A stretch of DNA of 64,000 nucleotides from Clostridia bacterium. Its GTDB lineage: Bacteria; Bacillota; Clostridia; Monoglobales; Monoglobaceae. Positions 1-10,561 of the stretch are shown piece by piece; position 1 is the first letter of the stretch, and each line of letters opens with the position of its first letter. The DNA lies in NCBI GenBank assembly GCA_045592585.1, contig JAZNVB010000026.1, forward strand, positions 7,849 through 71,848, given 5' to 3'. A program made the position numbers and the translations under genes. A model generated the notes under the pieces. It saw only the letters and a list, made by a program, of their open reading frames with translations, searched no databases and was not told the DNA's origin.

Positions 1-104
1 GTAATGATAATGAGGATAACTGGCATGAGATCACCGAGGCAGAGTATGAGGCTATTCTCGCCGAAGAAAAGGCGATTATGGAAAAGGAAATGGAGAGGAT
101 TTAA
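1..104 (+). CDS. 3' end of a gene that starts upstream of the window (probably phage-related). Frame 3 reads ...NDNEDNWHEITEAEYEAILAEEKAIMEKEMERI*.
   Basis: Frame 3 is open from the window edge to TAA at 102-104, directly upstream of a holin/endolysin pair. No family recognised. Confidence 0.35.
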   Translation, partial: NDNEDNWHEITEAEYEAILAEEKAIMEKEMERI

Positions 105-105
105 A

Positions 106-546
106 GTGACAAATCTTAAAGTGATGATATGCACAATGTTTGGTGTGGCTGGAGGCCTTGTTGCAAGGCTGTTTGGCGGCTGGACAGAAGATATGATAAC
201 TCTTGTGATATTTATGGCAGTTGATTTTGCTATGGGGTTGATTGTCGCAGGAGTATTCCACAAAAGCAACAAGTCAGCAAGTGGCAATCTTAGCAGCCGT
301 GCAGGGTGGGCAGGTCTTTGCAAAAAGTGTGTTACGCTGCTTTTTGTGCTGATAGCTCATCGGCTGGATGTGTCGCTGGAGGTTAACTACATACGTACTG
401 CCGCAATTATTGGTTTTATTCTCAACGAGGCATTGTCCATTGTGGAAAATGCAGGACTTATGGGAATACCTCTTCCTGAGGTTATAACTAAGGCAATTGA
501 TATCTTAAAGAAAAAAAAGGAGAACGATGCCTTTGAAGATAATTGA
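106..546 (+). CDS. Phage holin (holin_4_1 / toxin secretion-phage lysis holin family)
   Basis: GTG at 106 follows GGAGAGG (92-98). There are about three TM segments, and the conserved tail ...NEALSIVENAGLMGIPLPEVITKAIDILKKK is typical of this holin family. ATG 124 is an alternative start. The track ORF start at 4 is probably an over-extension. Confidence 0.75.
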   Translation: MTNLKVMICTMFGVAGGLVARLFGGWTEDMITLVIFMAVDFAMGLIVAGVFHKSNKSASGNLSSRAGWAGLCKKCVTLLFVLIAHRLDVSLEVNYIRTAAIIGFILNEALSIVENAGLMGIPLPEVITKAIDILKKKKENDAFEDN

Positions 547-1099
547 TACATCGTTTAAATGGAATGGCAGCCTTTCAAAGCGGAATACTACAAAGTATAT
601 TATTTTGCATCACCGTGCAGGCTTGGGTGATGTGCAAAGCATCCATACAGGGCATCTTGCAAGGGGCTGGAGTGGAATAGGATATCACTTTTATATCCGC
701 AAGGACGGCAAAGTTTTTAGGGGGCGTCCCATTGGAACAGTGGGTGCTCATTGTACGGGGTATAACGATAAAAGCTTAGGAGTTTGCTTTGAAGGGAACT
801 TTGAAAAAGACAATGTATCCGGTGCCCAGCTTAAATCGGGGAGAGAGCTTATCTCGCATCTTAAAAATCTGTACCCCGATGCAGAAATTGTGCGGCACAA
901 AGACTTTCAGAGTACGGCGTGTCCCGGGAAGAACTTTCCCTTTGAGGAAATCAAAAAAGGAGAATGTAATATGACAGTTGACGAGGCTATAGAAATTATT
1001 CAGGCAAAAGCGGGGCTTGAGGACGAAACAATTGAGTTTTTGCTGTGCTATAAGTATGGCGAAGAACTGGTTGTTAAGATTGCTCAGGCAATATTTTAG
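527..1099 (+). CDS. N-acetylmuramoyl-L-alanine amidase (Amidase_2/PGRP fold), phage endolysin
   Basis: Motifs HHRAG, GIGYHFYI, GAHCTGYNDKSLGVCFEGNF and STACPG. AAGGAG SD. Overlaps the holin 3' end, as in lysis cassettes. Confidence 0.85.
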   Translation: MPLKIIDTSFKWNGSLSKRNTTKYIILHHRAGLGDVQSIHTGHLARGWSGIGYHFYIRKDGKVFRGRPIGTVGAHCTGYNDKSLGVCFEGNFEKDNVSGAQLKSGRELISHLKNLYPDAEIVRHKDFQSTACPGKNFPFEEIKKGECNMTVDEAIEIIQAKAGLEDETIEFLLCYKYGEELVVKIAQAIF

Positions 1100-1121
1100 C
1101 ACAAATTTCCACCTGTGTTCA

Positions 1122-1150
1122 TTGACATATATGACTTAATACAGTATAAT
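1122..1150 (+). promoter_or_regulatory. Sigma-A type promoter for recD2 (TTGACA-17 nt-TATAAT)
   Basis: Perfect -35 at 1122-1127 and perfect -10 at 1145-1150 with 17 nt spacing, 27 nt upstream of the recD2 GTG. Confidence 0.65.
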
Positions 1151-1176
1151 ATATGAAAAATGGGAGGTGAACACAG

Positions 1177-3369
1177 GTGGAAAAAATCGACGGTGTAATT
1201 GAAGATGTAATATACGAAAATCAGTCAAACGGTTATACTGTTTGTGATATTTCCTCCGGTGGACACCTTTATACATTAACGGGATATATGCCGGGTATTT
1301 CAGAGGGCGAGAGGATTACCGCAGTTGGTGATTGGAAAAACCACCCCGAATATGGTCAGCAGTTCAGTGTAAGCAGCTTTGAAAGGCTGATGCCCGAATC
1401 AGAAAGTGAGATTGAACTTTATCTCGGCTCGGGAATTCTGCCCCATGTTGGAAAAGCCACCGCAAGACGGATTGTGGAGGCTTTTGGCACAGATGCTCTT
1501 GAGGTTATTGAAAAAGAGCCCGAAAGACTGACTCGGATTAAAGGGATTTCACTTGCCAAGGCTCATGAAATATACAAGAGGTTTGTTGAACAGATTGGTC
1601 TTAAAAATATTGTTGTATTTTTTCAACGGTTTGGTGTGTCGCCAAATCTTGCAATAAAGGCGTACCGCACCTTTGGAGAAAATATAATAAAATTTGCCGG
1701 CGAAAATCCCTTTATCCTCAGCGGTATTGATGGGTTTACATTTAAAATCTGTGACAAAATCCGCGAGGAGATGCAGCTTCCGCTGAATTTTGCACCAAGA
1801 GTGTGTTCGGGGGTTACAAGCACCCTTCTTAATGCCGGGTATTTAAGCGGTCACACATTTTTGCCAAAACCAACTCTTATAGCACAGACAAAGGCGGCTT
1901 TGGAGATTGATGCAGGCGAGGCAGAAGATGCTGTTGCACAGCTCTGCCTTAAGGGTGAGCTGATTGTGGAGAACCATGAAGAATTTGATGCGGTGTATTT
2001 AAAGACCTTTTATGATGCGGAACGGGGCGTTGCTTCAAGACTGCGTGAAATGAGTGGTCTGATTTTTGAAACAAACCGCCGCGAGGCAGAGGAGTTGATT
2101 GAAAGAGCTGAGGCAGAAAGCGGCATAGTTCTGGCAGATACCCAAAGAGATGCGATTTTTGCCTGCTTTGAAAATTCGGCTATGGTAATCACCGGTGGCC
2201 CCGGTACAGGAAAGACCACAATAATCAATACAATAATAAATATAATGATGCGTCAGGGCAAAAGAATTGCTTTGGCGGCACCTACCGGCAGAGCAGCCAA
2301 GCGAATGACCGAGGTCTGCGGAATGGAGGCAAAAACCATCCACCGACTGCTTGAAAATATGCCATCCGAGGGTGGTTCGGTCTGCTTTGGCAGAAACGAA
2401 AAAAATAAGCTTGAATGTGACATACTGATTGTTGATGAGATGTCGATGGTTGATGTTTTGCTTATGCATAGTCTTTTGCTTGCGTTGCCCCAAAATGCAC
2501 GGCTGATAATGGTTGGCGATTGCGACCAGCTTCCGGCAGTTGGGGCAGGGAATGTGCTTAAGGATATTATCGAAAGCGAGAGCCTGGAGTGTGTAAAGCT
2601 TACCGAAATATTCAGGCAGGCAAAGGAGAGTATGATTGTTGTTAATGCTCACCGCATAAACCGTGGCGAGATGCCCTTTTGCAACGACCCTGACAATGAC
2701 TTCTTTATGGTAAAATGTTCAGACCCCGACAAGCTTTGCGAAACCATTGCCGATTTGTGTGAACGGCGAATACCCAAAACATATGGGGTTGACAGCATTT
2801 CTCAAATTCAGGTGCTTACACCAACCAGAAAATCGGTTATCGGGGTGCAGAGCCTTAACGAAATTCTGCAAAGGAGGCTCAATCCCAAACAGATGCGGAT
2901 TTCTGAAAAAACGGTTGGTAGCTATACCTTCCGTATTGGCGACAAGGTTATGCAGAATAAAAACAATTATAACTTAGAGTGGACACGTCTTTCTGATTTG
3001 GAAAAAGGTCAGGGGGTGTTTAACGGCGACGTTGGATTTGTAACCGATATAAATGTCCCAAAACAGACCCTAACGGTTCTTTTTGACGACCGCAAGGTGG
3101 TTTATGACTTTATGGGTCTTGACGAGCTGGAGCTTGCCTATGCGGTGACGGTTCACAAAAGTCAGGGCAGTGAGTTTGATGTGGTTATAATGCCGATTTT
3201 TGACACTCACCGCCTGCTGATGACACGCAATCTGCTTTACACTGCCATAACCCGTGCCAAAAAGCTGGTTATACTTGTGGGTAAGGAAGAGATTTTGAAA
3301 CAGTTTGTTGATAATAACAATGTGCTAATGCGTTTTTCAGGACTTAAGGAAAAGTTAATGATAAGATAG
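1177..3369 (+). CDS. recD2: ATP-dependent RecD-like DNA helicase (SF1B, RecD2)
   Basis: N-terminal EDVIYENQSNGYTV OB-like domain, HhH region, Walker A GGPGTGKTT, DEMSMVD, and C-terminal AYAVTVHKSQGSEF. GTG start follows GGGAGGTG. Confidence 0.9.
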   Translation: MEKIDGVIEDVIYENQSNGYTVCDISSGGHLYTLTGYMPGISEGERITAVGDWKNHPEYGQQFSVSSFERLMPESESEIELYLGSGILPHVGKATARRIVEAFGTDALEVIEKEPERLTRIKGISLAKAHEIYKRFVEQIGLKNIVVFFQRFGVSPNLAIKAYRTFGENIIKFAGENPFILSGIDGFTFKICDKIREEMQLPLNFAPRVCSGVTSTLLNAGYLSGHTFLPKPTLIAQTKAALEIDAGEAEDAVAQLCLKGELIVENHEEFDAVYLKTFYDAERGVASRLREMSGLIFETNRREAEELIERAEAESGIVLADTQRDAIFACFENSAMVITGGPGTGKTTIINTIINIMMRQGKRIALAAPTGRAAKRMTEVCGMEAKTIHRLLENMPSEGGSVCFGRNEKNKLECDILIVDEMSMVDVLLMHSLLLALPQNARLIMVGDCDQLPAVGAGNVLKDIIESESLECVKLTEIFRQAKESMIVVNAHRINRGEMPFCNDPDNDFFMVKCSDPDKLCETIADLCERRIPKTYGVDSISQIQVLTPTRKSVIGVQSLNEILQRRLNPKQMRISEKTVGSYTFRIGDKVMQNKNNYNLEWTRLSDLEKGQGVFNGDVGFVTDINVPKQTLTVLFDDRKVVYDFMGLDELELAYAVTVHKSQGSEFDVVIMPIFDTHRLLMTRNLLYTAITRAKKLVILVGKEEILKQFVDNNNVLMRFSGLKEKLMIR

Positions 3370-3446
3370 CTTAATGTCAAAAGATGTCTGCGTAAAAAAA
3401 TTACACGTTTGACACTTTTATAAATTGAAAAGTAAAGGAGATTCCA

Positions 3447-5621
3447 ATGATTAACTTAATTTTAATGACAATTTCTTATGGGGCGCTGCTTATTATGCTG
3501 ATGCCGAAAACTATGATTGGTATTATTTCAACATCTGCGGTATTTGTTACCGGGCTTATTCTGATAGTTCATAAAAAGGTTTATAGGAGAGCTTTTTTGA
3601 AAAGTAATCCCAAATTTTTTGTTTCAATTGCTACAGTAATGGCTATATGCCTTGGGATCTTATTCTATACCAGATGGGTTTCATCTTCTAAAATTAAGGT
3701 GCTTGCCGATATATTACATATGCCGACAGAGCTAATGCTGTTTGTTGGTTCCCTGTTGCTGGTGTTGATATCGGTTTATTTTATTGTCGTAGGATTACAG
3801 ATAATATTTAAAAGACTTTCAAATAACGAACCTCAAAATGGTTTTCAGGTAAATTTGAAAATTGTTCTTATTGTTGCTGCTGCAACGGTTGTTTTGTCCC
3901 AATTTATGATTAATGCCTCTATATTATCGATGGGTTGCTTGAAATTGTGTGTTGGTATATTGATTGTGTCGGTAGTTATTCTTTTATGTTATTCTTTATC
4001 TGGAAGAATCGTTTTGTCTAATATTATAGGGTCTGGAATATTTATGGTTATTTCGACAATAAATGTGTATGTTTATAATTTCCGAGAACGCTTATTTGCG
4101 CCTGCAGATGTTTTTTCCGTAGGTACTGGATTAAATGTTGCAGAAAATTATAGTTTATTTCCCATTCCTCTTGAAATATTTGCAGGCTGGGGATTTTATG
4201 TTGCAATGATGACACTTTTTTATCCTCTGTTGCGAAAATTTTTTGGGAGTATAACGGTAAAAAGAAGAATTCTTGTACTGGTGGCCTGTATAATTTGCTC
4301 TACTGCGACTTCCTTTTATGCTCACAATATTAAAACATATCATTGGCAAAATGAAGGAGCTGTGCATAATGGTTACATTTTGGATTTTGTATCCAAATTT
4401 AAGGAGATTTATGTGCCGGAGCCGGAAAATTACAGTGTCGTACAGATTAAAGAGCTTGCTGATCAATATGCGTTAATTTTCGATGAAAATAAAGTTGGGA
4501 AAAAGAAGCCTCCGCATATTATTGTAATTATGGATGAGGCATATTCTGATTTAAGGGTTAACGGCAATTTTTCAACCAACACAGAGGTAACGCCGTTTAT
4601 TTCTTCGCTTAAAGAAAATACCGTTTCCGGATATGCTTTAGCTTCTGTTTATGGTGGTAATACAGCTAATTCTGAGTATGAATTTCTTACAGGGAACTCG
4701 TTTGCGTATTTGGCTCCCGATGTTGTTCCATATCAGCAATATATTAAATCTTCAGCATATTCGATGGTTTCTTATTTGAGGTCAACGTATAACTACAAAT
4801 GCATAGCGATGCATCCGTTTAATTTAAGCGGTTGGAATCGCCCTGTTGCATATAAATATTTAGGTTTTGAAGAGTGTTATTTTCTGGATGACTTTCCGCA
4901 GGAGGAGTATATCAGAGAATATGTCAGTGATCAGGAAATGTTTGAAACTTTGATAAAAACATATGAAACCAACAAGGATGCTCCGTTGTTTATATTTGGT
5001 GTGACTATGCAAAACCACGGCGGATATAACTATACAGGTGAAAACTATACACAACATATCTGCTTAACTGATTATGAAGATTTTTTGGATGTTGAACAAT
5101 ATCTTTCGTTGATTTATGAAACAGACAAAGCGGTAGAGTATTTGCTTAGCTATTTTCAAAATGTGGGCGAAGATGTAATAGTTGTATTTTTTGGTGACCA
5201 TCAACCTAAAATTGATGAAGCTTTCTATGAAACAATCAGCGAAACACCATCGGCTACATTGGATGAACAAGAAAATAGGTATAAGGTGCCCTTCTTTATT
5301 TGGTCGAATTACGATATTGAAGAAAAATATATAAATTGTACAAGCCTGAACTATTTATCAAATTTTGTTTATGACATTGCCGGAATTGATTTGCCACCAT
5401 ACAACCGATTTTTATCGGAAATGCAATCAGTAATTCCTTCTATTAATGCAAATGGTTTCTACTCCTTAGATGCTAAATGTTATTTGCCGTTTGAAAAGGC
5501 TAATATAGAAGAACAAAGATGGTTAGGCTTGTATGAAAACCTGCAATATAATAATATTTTTGATGAAACACATAGAAATGAAAAGATGTTTCCTGTGTTG
5601 GAGGAAGAAATTTTACGCTGA
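3447..5621 (+). CDS. LTA synthase / sulfatase-family membrane protein
   Basis: Long polytopic N-terminus followed by alkaline-phosphatase/sulfatase-like motifs (MDEAYSDL, GGNTANSEYEFLTGNS, FFGDHQP). Confidence 0.7.
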   Translation: MINLILMTISYGALLIMLMPKTMIGIISTSAVFVTGLILIVHKKVYRRAFLKSNPKFFVSIATVMAICLGILFYTRWVSSSKIKVLADILHMPTELMLFVGSLLLVLISVYFIVVGLQIIFKRLSNNEPQNGFQVNLKIVLIVAAATVVLSQFMINASILSMGCLKLCVGILIVSVVILLCYSLSGRIVLSNIIGSGIFMVISTINVYVYNFRERLFAPADVFSVGTGLNVAENYSLFPIPLEIFAGWGFYVAMMTLFYPLLRKFFGSITVKRRILVLVACIICSTATSFYAHNIKTYHWQNEGAVHNGYILDFVSKFKEIYVPEPENYSVVQIKELADQYALIFDENKVGKKKPPHIIVIMDEAYSDLRVNGNFSTNTEVTPFISSLKENTVSGYALASVYGGNTANSEYEFLTGNSFAYLAPDVVPYQQYIKSSAYSMVSYLRSTYNYKCIAMHPFNLSGWNRPVAYKYLGFEECYFLDDFPQEEYIREYVSDQEMFETLIKTYETNKDAPLFIFGVTMQNHGGYNYTGENYTQHICLTDYEDFLDVEQYLSLIYETDKAVEYLLSYFQNVGEDVIVVFFGDHQPKIDEAFYETISETPSATLDEQENRYKVPFFIWSNYDIEEKYINCTSLNYLSNFVYDIAGIDLPPYNRFLSEMQSVIPSINANGFYSLDAKCYLPFEKANIEEQRWLGLYENLQYNNIFDETHRNEKMFPVLEEEILR

Positions 5622-5656
5622 CAAATAAAAAATGTATCAGAAATTGACAAAATAAT

Positions 5657-5681
5657 GGGGAGGGTGTACAGAAGCCCTCCC
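5657..5681. terminator. Bidirectional intrinsic terminator hairpin (GGGGAGGG ... CCCTCCC)
   Basis: GC-rich 7-8 bp stem between convergent genes, with T-rich flanks on both strands. Confidence 0.6.
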
Positions 5682-5710
5682 TTATGTTATTAGTTGACAT
5701 ATAACAGTTC

Positions 5711-6145
5711 TTACAAATAACATCTTATATCCGCCGCCAGATCGTCTTCCAGCTTGATTAAACGCTTGGTGATGTCCTTTGCATCCTCGGATGCGGCTTC
5801 GTATTGGTTAAGGTATTTATTAAGAGATTTTGTTCCCATATCGCAGCCGTCGGTAATCAGGTCGGCAATCTTTGCGTCAGTTTCGTCAACGGCAAGCATC
5901 ATATTTGTTTTCAGCCAGGACATACTCTGTGCCATAATGTTGGGTTCTTTGCCACATTCGTCACATTCGTTAAGGATTGAATGTGTTTCGCTGCCCAGCT
6001 TTTGATGTGCCTCTTTGGAGCTTATAAGAATTTTCTTGAATTTTTCGTCCTTCACTCTGTCAAGAACCTCGTCAATTGAATTGACCCCCATTTTAATTCC
6101 TGCGTTACATTCCTTTAAAAGTTCAACGGTATCGTGATTTATCAT
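5711..6145 (-). CDS. Small helical-bundle protein, uncharacterised (DUF2383/ferritin-like-looking)
   Basis: Clean ORF. ATG at 6145 has AAGGA 8 nt upstream. Helical heptad-like composition. The family assignment is only an impression. Confidence 0.5.
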   Translation of the reverse strand: MINHDTVELLKECNAGIKMGVNSIDEVLDRVKDEKFKKILISSKEAHQKLGSETHSILNECDECGKEPNIMAQSMSWLKTNMMLAVDETDAKIADLITDGCDMGTKSLNKYLNQYEAASEDAKDITKRLIKLEDDLAADIRCYL

Positions 6146-6239
6146 TTTTATCATCCTTCTTTCTTTTTTAAAAGTAGTATGTCCTTTTTGTATATAAAAA
6201 ATTCAAAATCTGTGCATACTGTTAAAAATTGAAATTTAA

Positions 6240-7568
<1,329 letters not shown>

Positions 7569-7645
7569 TATAATTAAATAAAATACAACACTTTTTCACC
7601 TTTTTTGCAAGAAAAAGTTTTACAAATTTTTCCAGACGCTATTCT

Positions 7646-7679
7646 TTCGACATTTATCTTTATATCCGGCAGGTATACT
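7646..7679 (+). promoter_or_regulatory. Candidate Spo0A box (TTCGACA, reverse of TGTCGAA) plus TATACT -10 upstream of spoIIE
   Basis: TTCGACA at 7646-7652 sits where a -35 would be. TATACT at 7674-7679 lies 45 nt upstream of the ATG. Confidence 0.4.
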
Positions 7680-7723
7680 GAAGAAAATAACCAATATGGC
7701 GGATTACAAAGGAGAAAGATATT

Positions 7724-9850
7724 ATGTCGGATATGCAGATTTCCCCCCAGAATGCACCCCAAAAGGTTAGTTCAAGGGGAGCAAGGATTAGTTTCACAAA
7801 AAACGGTTGGATAATAAGACTCATAGGATTTTTTTTGGCAATGGCAATGCCATATTCGGGGATTGCGCCCTTTGGACTGTCTTTTCTTGCTCAGGAGAGA
7901 AAGCTGTCTTTGGGGGCTGTTGGTTCATTTATTGCGGTGAGCCTTGGCGCATTTGCGGTTTGCAGCAGGCTTGGCGCAACCAAGTACGTTAGTGCAGGGC
8001 TTATATATCTTGCGGTGCTGTTTGTTCTTGAACGTGGTGTGCGACTGAATGATTTTACCGCAGGACTTGTGGCAGGAATAGCGGTGTTCCTTTCGGGGCT
8101 TGTTCTTCTGTTCTGGGAGGGGTTCACCTTTTTTCGGTTTTTTCTGCTTCTTTGCGAGGCGGCTGTTGTTGTGGCAGGTGCGCTTGTTTTTGAAAAGAGC
8201 AGCAAACTGCTCCGCAAGGGCAAATTCCTCCCCGAAAAGCTTGGAAGCGAAGAAAAATTGAGTCTTGGTGTGATGACTGCCATTGTTATACTCAGCCTTC
8301 AGGAGATTTATATAGGCGCTGATTTTTCGGTAATGAACTCTGTTGCAACGGTCGTTCTTCTGATTATTGCCGCAGGCTGCGGCATTGGATATTCCACGGC
8401 GGCAGGGGTTGTTCTTGGCCTTGCCTGTGGAATTGGCAGTGACTATTTTATGCCCATTATGGGGGCATTTGCCTTTTGCGGATTTCTGGCCGGAATATTT
8501 TCGCGGTTTGGCAAGGGTGGAGTTATTGCCGGAGTTGTTCTTGCCAACGGAATACTTGTTGTGTATACCGACGGTGCAATGGAATCGGTGCTGACTCTTT
8601 ATGAGATTATGGCGGCAGCGGTGGTGTTTGCCTTTATAAAGCCTAAAATGATTGGACTTGTGGGCGAAATTGTCTGTCTTGATGCTGCTGAAAAGGCACT
8701 GATAATGAGAATGAAAGAAAATCTGCGGCAAAGACTTAAGGCGGTGTCGGAATCCTTTGATGCAATGGCAAAAACCATTGAACGTCAGGTCAGGGACGGC
8801 AGAAAGCGGAAAAACAAAGCCGACCTTGCAACTTTTTTTGATATTGCGGCGGACAAGGTGTGTAAAAAATGCAAAAAGACAGACATCTGCTGGGACAGAG
8901 ATTTTGATTTTACCTATAAATCACTTTTTGACCTTATGAAAACCATGAACGAAAAAGGTCAGCTATCCCCTGAGGATGCAAGCAGTGCCTTTAGGGAACG
9001 GTGTAATCACCTTCACCTTTTGGTGGCAGAGCTTAATCATCAGCTTGATATTCATCAGGTAAAGCAGGAGTGGCTTAAAATTCTTGAAGAAAACCGCAAG
9101 GCGGTTGGGCAGCAGCTTGCAGATGTTTCGGAAATTCTGGAAGGAATTTCGGAAGAGATAAAAAGCGACATTGGTATGTGCAGCATAGGTGCCGAAAAGC
9201 AACGGGAGAAATTTAAAATCGAAACTGATTTTGCCGAATGTGCCGCCTCGGGCGAGAACGGTGACAGTTATCGGTTTGCCCACATTGGCGGAGGAAAGTA
9301 TGTGATTGCCTTAAGCGACGGAATGGGCACAGGCAGTGCCGCCGCCCGTGAAAGCCGTGCTATGCTTGAACTTTTAGAGAGCTTTTTGTATGCAGGTTTT
9401 GAAACGGCTATGGCAGTAAAATTTATCAATTCGGTAATGCTGCTTAAATCCGATACAGAGGCGTTTGTAACCATGGATTTGTGCATAATTGACCTGTTTA
9501 CCGGTCAGGCGGAGTTTATAAAAACCGGTGCCGAGCCAAGCTTTATTATGCACAGTAAGGGAGTGGATACGGTAAAGGCATCCTCGCTGCCCATTGGTGT
9601 TGTTGCGGGTATTGATGCCGACAGCACCAGTCGACGCATGAAGGATGGCGATGTGATAGTTATGGTAACCGACGGAATCGAAAACCGTGATAGTGGAAGT
9701 ATGTGGATAAGCAACTTTATCCAAAATTCTGCCGACGATACCGAAACAGGTCTGGCAGGCAGAATATTAAACCGTGCCATTGAGCAGAACAACGGCAAGG
9801 TGAAGGATGATATGACGGTGCTTTCGGTAAAACTTAAGGAAGTATCTTAA
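7724..9850 (+). CDS. spoIIE: Stage II sporulation protein E (PP2C phosphatase with polytopic N-terminus)
   Basis: About 10 TM segments, a central regulatory region, and a C-terminal PP2C domain (GDSY..., ALSDGMGTGSAA, VMVTDG, DDMTVL). Confidence 0.9.
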   Translation: MSDMQISPQNAPQKVSSRGARISFTKNGWIIRLIGFFLAMAMPYSGIAPFGLSFLAQERKLSLGAVGSFIAVSLGAFAVCSRLGATKYVSAGLIYLAVLFVLERGVRLNDFTAGLVAGIAVFLSGLVLLFWEGFTFFRFFLLLCEAAVVVAGALVFEKSSKLLRKGKFLPEKLGSEEKLSLGVMTAIVILSLQEIYIGADFSVMNSVATVVLLIIAAGCGIGYSTAAGVVLGLACGIGSDYFMPIMGAFAFCGFLAGIFSRFGKGGVIAGVVLANGILVVYTDGAMESVLTLYEIMAAAVVFAFIKPKMIGLVGEIVCLDAAEKALIMRMKENLRQRLKAVSESFDAMAKTIERQVRDGRKRKNKADLATFFDIAADKVCKKCKKTDICWDRDFDFTYKSLFDLMKTMNEKGQLSPEDASSAFRERCNHLHLLVAELNHQLDIHQVKQEWLKILEENRKAVGQQLADVSEILEGISEEIKSDIGMCSIGAEKQREKFKIETDFAECAASGENGDSYRFAHIGGGKYVIALSDGMGTGSAAARESRAMLELLESFLYAGFETAMAVKFINSVMLLKSDTEAFVTMDLCIIDLFTGQAEFIKTGAEPSFIMHSKGVDTVKASSLPIGVVAGIDADSTSRRMKDGDVIVMVTDGIENRDSGSMWISNFIQNSADDTETGLAGRILNRAIEQNNGKVKDDMTVLSVKLKEVS

Positions 9851-9857
9851 ACAGACT

Positions 9858-9896
9858 AAAAATACAATCTTTCAGTGGAAAGATTGTATTTTTTAG
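9858..9896 (+). terminator. Intrinsic terminator after spoIIE
   Basis: AATACAATCTTTC-agtg-GAAAGATTGTATT followed by TTTTT. Confidence 0.85.
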
Positions 9897-9905
9897 GCGT
9901 ATGCA

Positions 9906-9934
9906 TTGACAACGCACATATTATGTGGTACAAT
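9906..9934 (+). promoter_or_regulatory. Sigma-A promoter (TTGACA-17-TGgTACAAT) for the toxin-antitoxin operon
   Basis: Perfect -35 at 9906-9911 and extended -10 TGGTACAAT at 9926-9934. Confidence 0.65.
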
Positions 9935-9964
9935 GTATATACTGAAGTAAGGGGGTAATATATT

Positions 9965-10240
9965 ATGGCAACTGTAAATATGAGTATACGTATGGATACT
10001 GAGTTAAAAAAACAAGCAGATGCAATGCTTTCGGATATGGGGCTTAATATGACAACGGCTATGAATATGTTTTTAAGACAAGTTGTTCGTCAGGGAAGAA
10101 TTCCGTTTGAAATTGCAACAGATATCCCTAATGCAGAAACTGTTGCTGCAATTAAGGAAATGGATGATATGTTAAGCGGAAAGGTGCCGAGTAAACGATA
10201 TTCAAGTACAAAAGAGCTTTTTGAGGATTTGGATGCATGA
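9965..10240 (+). CDS. Type II antitoxin, RelB/DinJ family
   Basis: N-terminal ribbon-helix-helix pattern VNMSIRMDTELKKQADAML...GLNMTTAMNMFLRQVV. Overlaps the toxin gene by 4 nt. Confidence 0.85.
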   Translation: MATVNMSIRMDTELKKQADAMLSDMGLNMTTAMNMFLRQVVRQGRIPFEIATDIPNAETVAAIKEMDDMLSGKVPSKRYSSTKELFEDLDA

Positions 10241-10512
10241 AGTATCAAATAGAGATATCAACCAGATTTAAAAAAGATTATAAGCTTGCTCAAAAGCGAG
10301 GTTATAATATGGGGTTATTAAAGGAAGTTATTGATATTTTGGCAAGCGGAGAACAGCTTCCGGAAAAATATCTTGATCATCAGCTTTCCGGAGATTATAG
10401 AGGTTCGAGAGAATGTCATATTGAACCTGACTGGCTTTTAATTTACCGAATTGAAAAAGATATACTTGTATTGGGCTTGACCCGAACAGGAACGCACAGT
10501 GATTTGTTTTAA
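10237..10512 (+). CDS. yafQ: Type II toxin, YafQ/RelE-family mRNA interferase
   Basis: FKKDYKLAQKRG..., LSGDYRGSRECHIEPDWLLIY and GTHSDLF are typical of YafQ. Confidence 0.85.
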   Translation: MKYQIEISTRFKKDYKLAQKRGYNMGLLKEVIDILASGEQLPEKYLDHQLSGDYRGSRECHIEPDWLLIYRIEKDILVLGLTRTGTHSDLF

Positions 10513-10517
10513 CCGAA

Positions 10518-10558
10518 AACCGATGCAGAGGGAAACTTCTGCATCGGTTAAGTTTTTT
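10518..10558. terminator. Bidirectional intrinsic terminator
   Basis: 12 bp stem AACCGATGCAGA/TCTGCATCGGTT followed by AAGTTTTTT. Lies between convergent ORFs. Confidence 0.8.
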
Positions 10559-10561
10559 ATA

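Noticed and set aside
2035-2652. 205 aa minus-strand ORF inside recD2, and many other 60-180 aa ORFs nested in or antisense to confident genes (for example 776-1102, 17358-17708, 18297-18659, 39183-39617, 42149-42532, 52540-53082 and 60424-60948)
   Set aside because: All overlap strongly supported genes in another frame or strand, lack ribosome-binding sites, and show no recognisable motifs.
7700-7723. ATGGCGG...GGAGA upstream of spoIIE (and GGCGGAGGAAT at about 54846) as further cassette fragments
   Set aside because: Only about 10-12 nt resemble the cassette tail. None of the P1, P2 or P3 helices is present, so this is probably chance similarity around SD sequences.
7925-8731. 268 aa and 130 aa minus-strand ORFs inside spoIIE
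   Set aside because: They are antisense to the spoIIE TM region, have biased composition (K/N/H/R-rich), and have no independent signals.
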